A stretch of DNA of 64,000 nucleotides, taken from assembly GCF_963921235.1 (NCBI RefSeq), contig NC_086097.1:172796001-172860000 (forward strand), written 5' to 3'. The translations under genes and the position numbers were made by a program. A model generated the notes under the pieces. It did not search any database. It was not told the DNA's origin and saw only the letters and a program-made list of their open reading frames with translations. Shown piece by piece: positions 35,813-49,829 of this stretch (positions are counted from its first letter, which is position 1; every line of letters begins with the position of its first letter). This stretch comes from Mobula hypostoma. Lineage: Eukaryota.

Positions 35813-38679
35813 ACACTTTGATCTCTTAGCACTAAAGTTGACTATTTTCATTCGAATTGCATTCCTTCTTGTAGAAGTTACATACAATTTATGTTCGGTT
35901 TACATTGTTTTTTTTTGTAAATGCTGCTTATCTGATGCGACGTGCCTGTGTTGCTGAAGTAAGTTTTATGTTGCACCAGTGCAAAACTACACTCGTGCAT
36001 TTGACAATAAACTCGACTTTCTTTAACTTTATGAGGCTGATTCACTTAAACTTCTGGGTGATAGTGACTCCCATAATATTGATGGTGGGGAACACAGTGT
36101 GCTAATGTCCACCATCTCCAGACTGAAAAGATGTACTTCAAGCTCTGTTAAAAAGCCATGCGCTTGTATGGTAACAGTAAATGCAGGTTTCCAAGTCAGA
36201 CTCCCGGAGTACTCAGCATTTCATTGTACATCTCATCCCCCTTCACCAACAGCCTGCCTCAACCATATTTACTGGCTAAAAGGTTGTGGTTGTGGTTCAG
36301 GATCTGTTTGGAAGAGCTGACCACAAATCCAGCTGTGGTACTGGATTCTATGTTACTGAAGGTGCCTTTATTCGGACCGGCAATTATATTTTTATGTAAA
36401 AGGTCTGCCACTTCTCTGAAGAAGAGCAGTAGTGTGAGAGAGTCAGCAAGAGATAGAGCTGAGGCACCCCCTGTCTGTGTGTGGGTGGGAGGATGGCAGA
36501 AGGGAAGGGGTTTGTTTTGCTGATGTGAGTTGTTGAACATTGTGGGCATGCTATACTGGCAGCAGAATATGGGGCAACACATGTAGGCTGTCCCCAACAC
36601 ACCCTCAGATTATATTGGTTAATGCAAATGATGCATTTCACTGTGTTTTGATGTACATGTGATTAATAAATAAATCTAATCTAATCTGAGTCCAACGTGA
36701 TGTACCCATTTACAATTATCTCAATACTAACATCATTTTTCTCTCCACCCAGATTCTACTACTTGCCTACATAGATGGGACAAGTTACAGTGGACAATTT
36801 AACCTACCAACACCCTTTGGGATGTAACAGAAAACAGGAGGACCCAGGGCAAAATCACAGAGTGACAGGGAGAACGTGCAAATTCCACACAGACATACCT
36901 GAGGTTAGCACTGGACAAGAGTCACTGGAGCTGAGAAGTGATGGAACTGCTAAATGTGCCACTATATCATTGCAAGGTAGTGTATAAAAACTATGGCAAA
37001 ACATTTTAATGTTTTTTAAAGTCTCAAAGAGCTACTTACTAACAGTAGGAATGAGGTTCTACAGTTGCACATAATTGTCTGGTCCCCTGGTTGAATGTAA
37101 CAACAGAAATATGAATCTATTTGTTGTAAAGTTGCTACAAACAATCTGCTTGAGGAACTCAATGTATTGAGCAGCATCAGTGAAAGTAAATGAATTGCTG
37201 ATGTTTTGGTTCAAAACCCTGCTTTAGGATCTATGCAGGGTCCCGATGTATAGTGTTAACATCAACGGTTCCTTTCTTCCCACAAATGCTGTTCAACCCG
37301 CTGAGTTCCTCCGGCAGGTTAGTTGCTGTTCCAAATGCCAGCATCTGAACTCTCTTGTGTCTGCGTTGAAAGGGTGCTGGTCCAGTTGAATACCAATCTG
37401 AACTTCATTTGGAGGAATTAATCGGTAACTAATGTGAACAGCCAGGAATTTCTTGAAGCACACGAGAAGGCTGAGTGCAAGTTGCTGTTTTCTTGTGCAG
37501 CACTGATATGAGTTATCCAGCAACTTATTTTTAGGGCCATAAATCGGTATGCAGATTTCATCACTGAGCATTTACAATACAAAGGCTCTCCCATCACTAT
37601 TAGGTTTCAGGGTCACTACATCAAAGCATTAGCAGCAAATTCTGGGTCAATGATAAGGAAGAGTGCAGAATAAAGTGCAATGCACTGTGCATCAGAATCT
37701 CCCAGTGTGCAAAGGAACAAGGCTACGTGACTGGAGTAGTGATAAGTATTCAAATATTAAAACTTAATTCAAGTGGTCACTAGAATTCTTCAAGAATTTC
37801 CTCACAACATACAAAAGCTTGGTAATAAAAAAACTCCAGCCAAATTCATTGGATGGAGATCATTCTGTTAAAATGTCTATAGTTAATCTCTTTCAGAAGT
37901 TACAAGAACTAAATTGCAAAGGCTCAATAATAAATCAGGTTTCAATGTGAACTTGCTCTTCATATTTATTTGTGGGTCCAGTAGTTGCAACATGAGGAAT
38001 GTAAGGTTCCAAATGACAAACAAAAGATAAACTTAAAGGGATGCACTCTGGATGGTGAACTTATGATTGTTCTTTGTATAAAAACATACATATAGGTGGT
38101 AAGTAATATAGGATAAGTGATATAGGATAAATGAAGTATCAGCAGGGAGTAATAAAATCTGAACTGCTTGCACACGTTGCACTTACAGATGGTGACAGGT
38201 GTACTAACTCTCTCCCTCTAGAGTAGGTTGTGCAGTGCACGCCCCAAACCCTACATCAGGACTGAACATAGAGAAGACAGGAGGAATTTGGGTCATTCAC
38301 ATTTATTTCAGAAGATCCAGGTATGCTTGTCTTCTGCAGGGAGAGGAAAGGAAGTAGAAGAAATCAAAATCCAGTGGAAACCAATTGATCAACTTGTGCT
38401 CGATCCAGACCATCTTTCCCACTCACTGCACCCTTCGTATGATGCCCATTATCACATTGACTTCTTACGGTGGGATCTATTCTATCAGAGGGCTCCAATA
38501 TATGACCCTTCTAAAGGTAGGGCCTTAAGTACCTGAGGCTCCATCCACTAGGGCTCCTCTGATTGAGAGTTTTAAAGGATATTTTCAAAGACAATTTAAA
38601 AAAAAATCTAATTATGTTTAAATAATCACTTAAAACACTTAAAATGACTGTAAATTGGTAACATAAAAGGGAAGACCTG

Positions 38680-39050
38680 AAGGAGTTTATAAGATTATGA
38701 GAGGCATAGATAAAGTAGAAGTCACTTTTTCCCGCAGAGTTGAAATACCTAAACTAAAGGGAATGTACTTAAGGCAAGAGGCTGAAAGTTCAGATGAGGT
38801 TTGCACACTTTTACGCATGGCAGACTCCTGCAAAGCACTGCCAAGAGTGATGGTAGAGGCAAATACAATAGAGGCATTTAAGAGGCTGTTCGATAGACAC
38901 ATGTGCAGAGAATTGAGGGATATGGGTACCATGTGGGCAGAAGGGACTAGTTTAGGTAAGTATTTAAATGTTTGCTTAATTAGTTCAGTGCAACAGCTTG
39001 GGTCAAAGGGCCTGTTCCTGTACTGTGCTGTTCAATGTTCATTGTTCTAT
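38680..39050 (+). mobile_element. CR1 3' fragment
   Basis: ORF 38697..39059 MRGIDKV..ALPRVMVEANTIEAFKRLFDRHM. Confidence 0.8.
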
Positions 39051-39127
39051 CTTCCATAAATAAAGAAAAATAAACAAACAATAAAATAACTAACCCTTGT
39101 AATGAAGGTTACATGAATGGGGAAGCA

Positions 39128-39365
39128 ATGCACACAAAATGCTGGAGGAACTCAGCGAGTCAGGCAGCATCAATGGAGGGGAATAAACAGTCAACGCTTC
39201 AGGCGGAGACCCTTCACCAGGACTCCTGATCCTCGCCAATGGAAACTTGCCACTTATCAATAGGAAGTCCTAATTCAGGGTCTCGATCGGAAACATCATC
39301 AGTCTCTCCACTTCCCCAGATGCGACCTGACCTGATAAGTCCCTTCAGCAGTTGGTTTTTTGCTT
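39128..39365. mobile_element. Head-to-head Penelope-like termini
   Basis: gctggaggaactcagcgagtcaggcagcatc (-) and agatgcgacctgacctgataagtcccttcagca (+). Confidence 0.65.
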
Positions 39366-40250
39366 CAGTAGAGAAAGCTGAACTGTATTTACCAACCTAT
39401 GCGGCATTACAAAGGGCACCACAGTTAAGTCATTATGTGAAGTGATTCTCTCTTCTTATGTGGCAGGGATAGGGCAACTTGCACTATATGTTAATATTAA
39501 ACTTTTTCAAAGTTCACAGTTACATCAACTTTGTATGCGAGTATGGATTAATTTTTTTGGGCTAACTATTTCCCTTCCTTCACAAATTTTAACCCAGAAT
39601 TAGCAACAGGTTCCTCTCACCTATAAGTTGAGGCAGGAAGCAAACAAAGAACTTACTTTGCCCACATTTATGTCTTTGTTAAATGCAGTTATGAGCTTAA
39701 GGCATGCTTGAGGCCTTCTCTCCAGGACTAGCTTGCCCCTCAGGCAGCCACCTGAACTTGTCCCTCCTACACCATACAGTTGGAGAAGTGAGAACCCAGA
39801 TTCACTGCAACAAATGGACAAACCTGATCTGAATCTGTAGCACAACCACTGATTTCCAGTTATTGATTCACACGACGAGTAATCTGCTGGAGGAATGCAG
39901 TAGCTCAAGCAGCGTCAGTGGGGGTGGGAGGAATTATTGACATTTTGGGTCAAAATCCCTGAGGACCGAGGGTATGCATCTCTACTGATCCGCACACATC
40001 CATCTGCTTGTGACTCTCCTCCTCACTTAACCCTCAATTGCAACCCCTGTTGTATACTCACCTAATCTTTCATTGTAGATACTTCCTTCATTGCCTCCCA
40101 TTCTAATCCCAATTTCCACAACCCTGGGGTACTGCCTACATTTTCAATGATATCTGCCCCATGCCCCTGCCTCAGAGTCGACTTGCATTCACAGTGGGTG
40201 AATTACACCTCTCTAATCTTCACCAGTTACAGAGCATCAGGCTCTAATCC

Positions 40251-40486
40251 CAAACACAAGAAATGTTGCAGATGCTGGAATTGTTGAGCAACACACACAA
40301 AAAAAAGAGCTGGAGGAACTCATTAAGTCAGGCAGCATCTATGGAGGGAAATAAACAGTCAGTGTTTCAGGCCGAGACCTTTCATCAGTCCTGATAAAGG
40401 GTCTTGGCCAGAAATGTTGACTGTTTATTCGCCTCCATAGCTGCTGCTTGACTTGGTGAGTTCCTCCTGCTTTTTGTGTGTGAAGT
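40251..40486. mobile_element. Palindromic (head-to-head) Penelope-like terminus pair with 8-bp TSD
   Basis: tctaatcc at 40243-40250 and 40487-40494; inverted arms centred near 40388. Confidence 0.8.
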
Positions 40487-41906
40487 TCTAATCCTCTTCC
40501 GTCCATATCAACACCTAGTCCCTGCAATATTTTAATATTACAACCCTAAGACTGCAAAACTGATAAACTCAATATGCCATTGAAGAGAAGTTGATGTAAT
40601 TTTTGGAAGCTTACTAGGCTACAGAAATTGCTGTTCAGATGACTTGACTTCCCAGAGATGATTATCTTGAATTTGCTCTTGGTGTAAGGATGTTACTGGC
40701 AAAGCTAGATTTATAGCACACCCTCAGATCAAGAGGATGCTTACACTGATGGGGGAATCTGAAGCCTAAGGCTGTTAAACATGAAGTGGGTTATTAACAG
40801 TCCAGTAAAAAACAGTAGCAGGAGTATCATATCACAATTCAGGGAGTCTATCTAGCCATACATATTAGGAGCACTTCAAGCCTATCCTGCTATTCAATAA
40901 AGATCTTGGCTGATCAGACTGCAAACTCATCACGTTCCCACCTCTCTGCATCATCTTTCAATCTATTCAAGAACCTCCCCTCCATATATTCTATCTACAC
41001 TTTTGCTGACTTTATAACATTAGCAAAGACCCCACCCAGCTTGCAATTCTCTCTTTTCCCCTCTCCCATCCGGTTGATGACATAACAATCTGAAAGAATG
41101 TACCATCAGGCTCAAGGACAGTTTTTATTATGCTGTAATAAGACTATTTAATAGACCTCTTGTATGATAAGATGGAGTCTTTATCTCACGATCTACCCTG
41201 TCATTATCTTGCACCTTACCATTTGCCTGCACTGCACTTTATCTGTAATTATAACACTTTAATCTGCATTCTGTCATTGTATTTTCCCTTGTACTACCTC
41301 AATGCACTGATGAGAGGAAATGACCTGTATGGGGGCCATGTAAAACAAAGTTTTTCATGTACATTAGTACGTGTGAAAATAATAAACCAATTTACCAATT
41401 AAAATAACAAGTGCTTACATGTTCAAGGTTATGAGAATAAAAACAAGGTGAAACAAGAACAATGGAGAATAAAATGTAAAAGCTACAGAGGAAATCCAGT
41501 GCAGGTATTAATGTGCAAGATCATAACGAGGTAGATTGTGAGGGTGAAAGTCCATCTTGTTGTACAAGAGATCCAATCAATAGTCTGATAACTATGGGAT
41601 AGAAGCTTGAGGTGAATTATTACCTAAATGGAGAAAGACTGCAAAGTTCAGAGGGATTAGGTGTGTTAGTGCATGAATCACAAAAGTTAGCAGGTAGGTC
41701 CAGTGGCGTATCTAAGGTATGGCAGGTATGGCATGTGCCCTGGGCGCCACTTGAAGGGGGCGCCACTGAGCAGTTTCTATTAAAATCAGACAAGCTAGCC
41801 TCAGATAGTGAAAAAAGAATTTTCTTCAGATCTATGATCTGTCTTTGATTATCATGGGTAAGAAGCACTAGGATGGCCTTATTTCAGACCATTGTGTAAG
41901 AAGACC

Positions 41907-44900
41907 ATGAAACATTTCTTCATGAAGAAGAAGGAAAGTGGAGCTGAAGGGCAGAAGAGATGAAAGTTGGAGGCAGAGGAAGCCAAAAAGTTGAGCAAGT
42001 TCTTCATGCCCTACTTTGAAAAGCCCGGAACAAGTAGTTTGACACGTTCCATGAACGTTTCATAGCCTGCACTTGCTACAAGTTTGCTAGAATATGAAGG
42101 TGGAGCAAGTACAAATGCGTCACAAGCCGTGGAGGAAGTCAAGTCAGATAAATACGAGTATGATGAGATTAAGAGTGAGGCTGCCACAGAGAGCGTGGAC
42201 GTGACTGGAGGGGAAGATGGTGGTGGTGGTGGTGATGTTGAGTTTATTGACGAGATTTTGCCTGACGAGGTTGAACCTTACGACACTGAACCTAGTGAAC
42301 TGGATGATGTCAAAGAGCCTCGAACTGTCATACCATGACATTGGACTTCAGGTCACAGATCTCTCAGTGGGTGAGCATCTGGGGGACAGTGACCACTGCT
42401 CCCTGGCCTTTAATATTATCATGGGAAAGGATAGAATCAGAGAGGACAGGAAAATTTTTAATTGGGGAAGGGCAAATTATGAGGCTATAAGGCTAGAACT
42501 TGTGGGTGTGAATTGGGATGATGTTTTTGCAGGGAAATGTACTATGGACATGTGGTTGATGTTTACGGATCTCTTGCAGGGTGTTAGGGATTAATTTGTC
42601 TCCGTGAGGAAGATAAAGAATGGTAGGGTGATGGAACCATGGGTGACAAGTGAGGTGGAAAATCTAGTCAGGTGGAAGAAGGCAGCGTACATGAGGTTTA
42701 GGAAGCAAGGATCAGATGGGTCTATTGAGGAATATAGGGTAGCAAGAAAGGAGCTTAAGAATGGGCTGAGGAGAGCAAGAAGGGGGCATGAGAAGACCTT
42801 GGCGAATAGGGTAAAGGAAAACCCCAAGGCATTCTTCAATTATGTGAAGAACAAAAGGATGACAGGAGTGAAGGTAGGACCGAATAGAGATAAAGGTGGG
42901 AAGATGAGCCTGGAGGCTGTGGAAGTTAGCAAGGTCCTCAATGAATACTTCTCTTCGGTATTCACCAATGAGAGGGAACTTGATGACGATGAGGACAATA
43001 TGAGTGAGGTTGATGTTCTGGAGCATGTTGATATTAAGGGAGAGCAGGTGTTGGAGTTGTTAAAATACATTAGGACGGGTAAGTCCCCGGGGCCTGATGG
43101 AATATTCCCCAGGCTGCTGCACGAGGCGAGGGAAGAGATTGCTGAGCCTCTGGCTAGGATCTTCATGTCCTCGTTGTCCATGGGAATGGTACCGGAGGAT
43201 TGGAGGGAGGCGAATGTTGTCCCTTGTTCAAAAAAGGTAGTAGGGATGGTCTGGGTAATTATAGACCAGTGAGCCTTACATCTGTGGTGGGATAGCTGTT
43301 GGAAAATATTCTTAGAGATAGGATCTCAGGGTATTTAGAGAATCATGGTCTGATCAGGGACAGTTAGCATGTCTTTGCGAAGGGTAGATTGTGTCTAACA
43401 AGCCTGATAGAGTTCTTTGAGGAGGTGACCAGGCATATAGATGAGGGTAGTGCAGTGGATGTGATCTATATGGATTTTAGTAAGGCATTTGACAAGGTTC
43501 CAAACGGTAGGCTTATTCAGAAAGTCAGAAGGCATGGGATCCAGGGAAGTTTGGCCAGGTGGATTCAGAATTGGCTCACCTGCAGAAAGCAGAGGGTCGT
43601 GTGGAGGGAGTACATTCAGATTGGAGGGTTATGATTAGTGGTGTCCCACAAGGATCGGTTCTGAGACCTCTGCTTTTCGTGATTTCTATTAACGACCTGG
43701 ATGTGGGGGTGGAAGGGTGGGTTGGCAAGTTTGCAGACGACTCAAAGGTTGGTGGTGGTGTGAATAGTGTAGAGGATTGTTGAAGATTGCAGAGAGACAT
43801 TGATAGGATGCAGAAGTGGGCTGAGAAGTGGCAGATGGAGTTCAACCTGGAGAAGTCTGAGGTGGTACACTTTGGAAGGACAAACTTCAAGGCAGAGTAC
43901 AAAGTAAATGGCAGGATACTTGGTAGTGTGGAGGAGCAGAGGGATCTGGGGGTACATGTCCACAGATCCCTGAAAGTTGCCTTACAGGTAGTTAGGGTAG
44001 TTAAGAAAGCTTATGGGGTGTTACCTTTCATAAGTCGAGGGATAGAGTTTAAGAGTTGTGAGGTAATGATGCAGCTCTATAAAACTCTGGTTAGGCCACA
44101 CTTGGAGTACTGTGTCCAGTTCTGGTCGCCTCACTATAGGAAGGATGTGGAAGCATTGGAAAGGGTACAGAGGAGATTTACCAGGATGCTGCCTGGTTTA
44201 GAGAGTATGCATTATGATCAGAGATTAAGGGAGCTAGGGCTTTACTCTTTGGAGAGAAGGAGGATGAGAGGAGACATGATAGAGGTATACAAGATATTAA
44301 GAGGAATAGATAGAGTGGACAGCCAGCACCTCTTCCCCAGGGCACCACTGCTCAATACAAGAGCACATGGCTTTAAGGTAAGGGGTGGGAAGTTCAAGGG
44401 GGATATTAGAGGAAGGTTTTTTACTCAGAGTGGTTGGTGCATGGAATGCACTGCCTGAGTCAGTGGTGGAGGCAGATACACTAATGAAATTTAAGAGACT
44501 ACTAGAGGGGTATAGGGAGGAATTTAAGGTGGGGGGTTATATGGGAGGCAGGGTTTAAGGGTCGGCACAACATTGTGGGCCAAAGGGCCTGTACTGTGCT
44601 ATACTATTCTATGTTCTATGTTCTGAAGTTCGACATGAACACTGGAAAAGCAATTCTGCCTGACACTTTGAGAACAGAAATAATAAAGCTGGGTTCGAAG
44701 TATTTCCAGAACAGTGAGGGGCCTTTCCTACCAATAAATAACTGCTCAATGAACAAAACTTGGTTCAAGAGGAAATTGGGAAATGGTCGTGGCGAGGAAG
44801 TGACTCGCTCATGGCTGGTCCATTCCCCTTCTAAAAAGTCAGCATTTTGTATCTGTTGTCTTCTCTATTCCCGGTCAGACCATCAATCCTCATTGGAGCA

Positions 44901-46849
44901 GGAAAGTGGATTCAACTAGTGGAAAGAACTAGTGGAAAGCACCTGAAAGGTTTAGTGTTCATGAAAATGCCAAGAATCATTGGGAATGCTTCACACAGTG
45001 GAAAGAAATTTAGCTGGAAACAGAGGAGTTATTGACGCGGTATTTCAGTCACAGATTGAGAAGGAAAAGCAGAAGTGGTGTGATATCTTGACGAGAATCC
45101 TTCACTGCATAAAATTCCTTGTGAGTCAGAACCTGGCTTTGCAAGGGCACAGGGAGTCACTTCAGCTAGACGCTGACTCCAATGTGGGAAATTTCCTTGG
45201 CTTACTGAAACTACTGGCCATTTTTGTCCCTGCCATAAAAGAACACCTCACTCATTTGGAAAGTCATCCTGGATCCACGTCTATCTTTCACCGGGTGTCC
45301 GAAACGAATTCATCCACGTGATGGCATCCACTGTTTGCCAGAGTTTACTGAGAAGCATTCGTAAAGCCAAGTACTATGGTCTCATGTTCAACTCGACTCC
45401 TGATCAGGCACACTATGAGCAGATATCAGAAGTAATGAAGTACATGGAAGTTGATTCTGAGAGGAAAACAGTCCGTGTTAGAGAGTCCTTCCTTGGTTTT
45501 ATCCAGGTAAGCCAGAAGGATTCTGAGAGCTTGGTTGAAGACATCTTGAAACAGCTAGAGAAGGACGAAATGGAGCTGTAAGATTGTCGGTCACAGTGCT
45601 ATGACAACGCTGCTGTGATGACTGGACACAGGAGTGGTGTTTACCAAAGAATAAGTGAGAAAAACAACCTGGCAGTGTTTGTGAATTGCAACAATCACTC
45701 ACTCAACTTAGTGGGTGTACATACAGCCAAGCAGGATACAATGATGGTCACGTTTTTTGGAACCACCGAAGCTCTCTATGTGTTTTTCTCTCATTCAACA
45801 CAGCACTGGAAAAAACTCAAAAATGCCGAGCCTGTGGTTGTTAAGTCGGAGTCCGAAACCAGGTGGAGTGCAAGGACAGAAGCAGTGAAGCCTGTCAACA
45901 AGTAGCTAGGGAGATACTTCAAGTTCTGCAGGCCATGATAGGCAATGAAAACGAGACCAGTGAAACAAGAAGTGACGCAAGGCAGCTATACAACCGCATG
46001 TTGAGTTACAATTTTCTGATTTTGCTAGGACTTTGGAACAAAATACTCATTCGCATTCACCATATTCAAAAGAGGCTGCAGGATCCTAGCATGAACTTCC
46101 ACGATGCTGCCCTGGATTTGAAAGCCCTCCAAGATCATTTTTATGATGAAAGAGAAGTGTTAGTCAGTGAGTCACTGGAGGAAGGAGTCGGTCTCTGTCA
46201 AGAATGGAATATTGAAGTTGAAAGACGTCAGAAACGAAAGAAACAAATGGCTAATAAGAACTCGAGAGATGCTGGGTTAACAGCGAAGGAGGAAATGAAA
46301 AGAGTCATGAAGGGAACACTCGACCGTCTTCACAGGGAAATGGACAAAAGGTTCGCTCGTTTGCACGACACTGACGCCAAGTTTGGGTTCCTTCTCTATG
46401 TCAAAGGACTGTGTTACGGCACCGACAGTAGCGACCTAAAGAAGAAGTGCAAAAATCTGGGCGAATTGTACGGCTCTGATGTCGATGGACAGCAGCTATT
46501 TGAGGAGATTTTGGATTGCAGAATGTTGCTATCCAGGTGGGTCAACATGAAAATATCAAGACTTGAAGAGCTTCTTGAATTTATTATTCAGTATGGAGAT
46601 GAGAGCGTCTTCCCCAATCTTCGCATTGCTATTCAGATAATGCTAAGCATCGCAGTTTCCATCTCCAGCTGTGAGAGATCATTCAGCAAGTTAAAACTAA
46701 TACTTTCGTATTTGAGAGCCTCCATGGGTCAAGGCAGACTCTGTGATCTTGCTCTGCTGAGCGTAGAAAGAGAAGAAACTGAAAAAACTGACTTCGATCA
46801 CATCATAGACCAATTTGCATCAGTGAAGGCAAAGAAGGTGCAGTTATAA
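41907..46849 (+). pseudogene. hAT transposase pseudogene, split by a CR1 insertion and frameshifts
   Basis: RSWLVHSPSKKSAFCICC (TTF finger), LALQGHRE..GNFLGLLKLLA, FNSTPD, CYDNAAVM, CNNHSLNL, ETRWSAR, C-terminal FPNL..SCERSFSKLKLILSYLRASMGQGRL dimerisation motif. Confidence 0.93.
42349..44622 (+). mobile_element. 5'-truncated CR1 inserted in the transposase gene
   Basis: GEHLGDSDH, KSPGPDGIFPRLL, YMDFSKAFDK, GVPQGSVL, KFADD, ORF 43787..44458; tail ttctatgttctatgttct; transposase reads HDIGL|LKFDMNT across the junctions. Confidence 0.95.
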
Positions 46850-47714
46850 TTTTAATGTAGTTCCATAATTTGTTAATTAAAAGATTAACGAGCTTAAATT
46901 GTATTTTTGAGCTGATATTATGGTAAAGTTATCTAAAAGATGGGTGTCAGATGTTTGGACAGGAACGCAGTTTCAGTACTTGTGTAGGTGCTATTTTCTG
47001 TAGATACGCCCCTGGGTAGGTCCAACAAGAAATTCAGAAGGCAAAAGGCATTTGGTATTTACTACAAAAGGATTGGTTTGTTACATTGTGCAAGGTTTTG
47101 GGAAGCCCATATCTGGAATACTATGCATAGATTAGGTCCCCTTAACTGTAAAAGGATGTAGTAGCATTGGAGGAAGGCCACAGGAAATTCACCATGGTAG
47201 CACCTGGATGGGAGGGTTGACCTATTAATAGGGGCTAAAGAATTTGGGTCTACTCCTTTGAGTTTAAAATGATGTGGGAGTGACCGGATTCAAATAGATA
47301 AGGTGACAACAGGGTAGATAATAATATGCTTCCACTAGCAGGAGGGTTATGAGCAAGGAAACCCAGCTTCAAAATAGGGGGCCAGTCATTTAAAACTGAA
47401 ATACTTGGAAATTCCTTCTCTAAAGGGTGGTGAATCTCTGGCATTATCTGCCCCCAAGAGTGGTGGAGGGTCCACTCAATCTATGCTGTTCATCATCTTA
47501 TACATCTCTATCAAGTCACCTGTCATCCTCATTCACTCCAAAGAGATCATTTGATATATTTGAGGTAGAGTTAGAAAAATGCCTGAAAGATCGAGGAATT
47601 AAGGGTTATGGGGGAAGTGGTTCTGAAGGAGAGCTAATGACAGCATGTCAGTCATGATCTTATTGAGTGGCAGGGCAGGCTTGCGAGGTGTGCGTGGCCT
47701 ACTTCTGTACTCCC

Positions 47715-48160
47715 CCCTTTTTCTCTCCTCTTCCCCCCCCCCCCAATTTTTATTTTTTCCCCATTCTGGTGGCCTTCTCACCCCTTCTCTTCCTCTCGCT
47801 GGCCTCATGACCTGCCCAACAGTCCCCTCTGGTTCCCCACTTCCTGCCCTTTATTCCCTTTAGGATTCTGATCTACTATCTTCGCTAATCAGAATCCTTC
47901 TTCTACAGCCATTTACTTCTTCCACAATTACCTCCCAGTTTTATTACATCATCCCTCCTTCCCCACCCACCAACGTTCCTCCTCATCTAGTTTCACCTAT
48001 CACCTGCCAACTTGTACTCTTCCATTTCCTCACCCCACCATCTTATTCTGGTTTCTGCCCCCTTTTCAGTCCTGCTAAAGGGTCTTGGCATGAAATATCG
48101 ATTGTTTCTCTCCATGGATGCTGCCTGACCTGGTGAGATCCCCCAGCATTTTGTGTGTTA
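47715..48160 (+). mobile_element. Penelope-like 3' region
   Basis: Pyrimidine-rich segment shared with 20078-20240, ending cagtcctgctaaagggtcttggcatgaaatatcgattg..gatgctgcctgacctgg. Confidence 0.7.
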
Positions 48161-49149
48161 CTGAAAATAATGTCTCATATGAAATGAAGCGCCACCATTA
48201 GTGCTACACACCCTCCGTCTCTCAGTGAGATTTGGACTCAACATCTTCTGACACAGAGCTGAGCAACCCACCAACAGTTTCAATTACTGTAAATACAGCT
48301 GAATGTGGATTGACAGTGTTACTGGAACCGAACCAATTAGCTGTGAAACAATTACTATGATAAAGCCATTGTCATCTGCCTGAGTAAAACTGTGGCTGTA
48401 TCTCTGAGATACAATCTTATCAGACAAAACAAAGAAGTTGGCCAGATATATGTGAAGCTGAGCTGAGCTGCATTAGCCTACAGTCAAAATCTCCATAGTT
48501 TGCAGATTATTTAACATAAATACCATAGGAATAGCTTTTGTTTTTACATGGGTGTTCAGCTTGTTACATGTGCCAAATGTCAAACACTGATACATAACTC
48601 TGAGGGGATCACCAGTAATTTATGGTGTTGTAAGATTCTCAGCATTAAATTTCATTTTGCTCATACAAACTTCAAGGTTATTTTCAGGAACTATATATAT
48701 TGTTATGTATTATTGCCAACAATCTGAAAAGCTTTGCTTTAATTTATTTTTCAGAGGATGTGGATATCTCCGACACTACTGGCATTTACCCCAGACAGGC
48801 ACCAAACCGTGGAAGCAGCTATGAATCAACCACGTTGTTGGGTGTAGAGTCACATGCAGACCACTTAGAGTAAAGCAAAAAATTTATTTTTCTGATGGGT
48901 TCATATTGCAATCTCATAGTTCCATAATAAGAATTATTCTTGATTTAACTTCTGTAAATCCTGTGGTAGAATTCAAATTCAAGTCCTCAGATCAATTACC
49001 TGGATCTTTGGCTTGTACATTGATGACACTAGTCCATTAATCTAACATATTTTGCCGTACCTCAATTAGACAGAGTTGAATTGACTTGTATAATCATTCA
49101 GAGAAGTTTTGAATGATTATAGCAATGGGGAAGGTTGAGGGGATTCAAA

Positions 49150-49700
49150 ATGTCATCAAGCACTCTGACAAACTCTTACAGATGTACTGTAGAAATATCC
49201 CGACTGTTTGCATCATGGTTTGATTCTAGCAATTTGAATGCATAGGAAAGTATGAAGCTGCAGAGAGTAGTGGACTCAGCCCGACATATCACATCTCTTG
49301 CCATCATCGGTAGTATCTACATGAGACATTACCTCAAGAAGGATCTGTCACCAAAGATCCCCACCATTTTAGCCATGACTTCTTCTCACAGTTACCATCA
49401 GACAAAGAGGTGCAACAGCCTGAAGTCACATTCCACCAGGTTCAAGAACAGTTACTTTCCTTCAATCATTTGGTTCTTGAACAATTGGCACAACAGCAAT
49501 CACTATCTTAGTACTCCTGTTATCACTTTGCAAAAAATTGACTTTTTTGTTCTAGTTGCATTCTTTCTTATAAAAATTGTGTATAATTTATGTTTTAATT
49601 AATGTTTTTCTTGTGAATCTTGCTTGTGTAATACCATGTGCCTGTGAGACTGCTGAATTAAGATGTATACATGACAATAAACTTGATTTTAACTTTGTTT
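49150..49700 (+). mobile_element. Rex1/Babar-type LINE 3' fragment
   Basis: KLQRVVDSARHIT..SLKSHSTRFKNSYFPS; aataaa plus tail. Confidence 0.75.
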
Positions 49701-49829
49701 TCACCCCATCAAAATGACCAGTATTGTTCCTTCCACACCTTCAACAATCCTGCAACATCATCTTTCTCTCAAATGAATATACAATTCCTTTACGAAGGCA
49801 TCAATTGATTCTTCATCCACTACCAAATT

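Larger units (their letters stand above)
41701..47014 (+). mobile_element. hAT DNA transposon (Tip100/ZMYM-like transposase), complete ends, decayed
   Basis: TIRs cagtggcgtatcta (41701-41714) / tagatacgcccctg (47001-47014), 13/14 match; perfect TSD ggtaggtc (41693-41700, 47015-47022). Confidence 0.96.
41612..47715 (+). mobile_element. Old CR1 3' fragment that hosts the hAT transposon
   Basis: YYLNGERLQSSEGLGVLVHESQK before 41700 resumes after 47022 as QQEIQKAK..PYLEY..VVNLWHYLP. Confidence 0.82.

Noticed and set aside
36099..36641. Overlapping 70-120 aa ORFs on both strands
   Set aside because: No recognisable protein; the right part is a repeat tail (aataaa plus aatct repeats).
45863..46849. 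328-aa ORF as a domesticated ZMYM/ZBED-like host gene
   Set aside because: It lies within TIRs and a TSD, and the upstream coding region has frameshifts, stops and a CR1 insertion, so it is a dead transposase.
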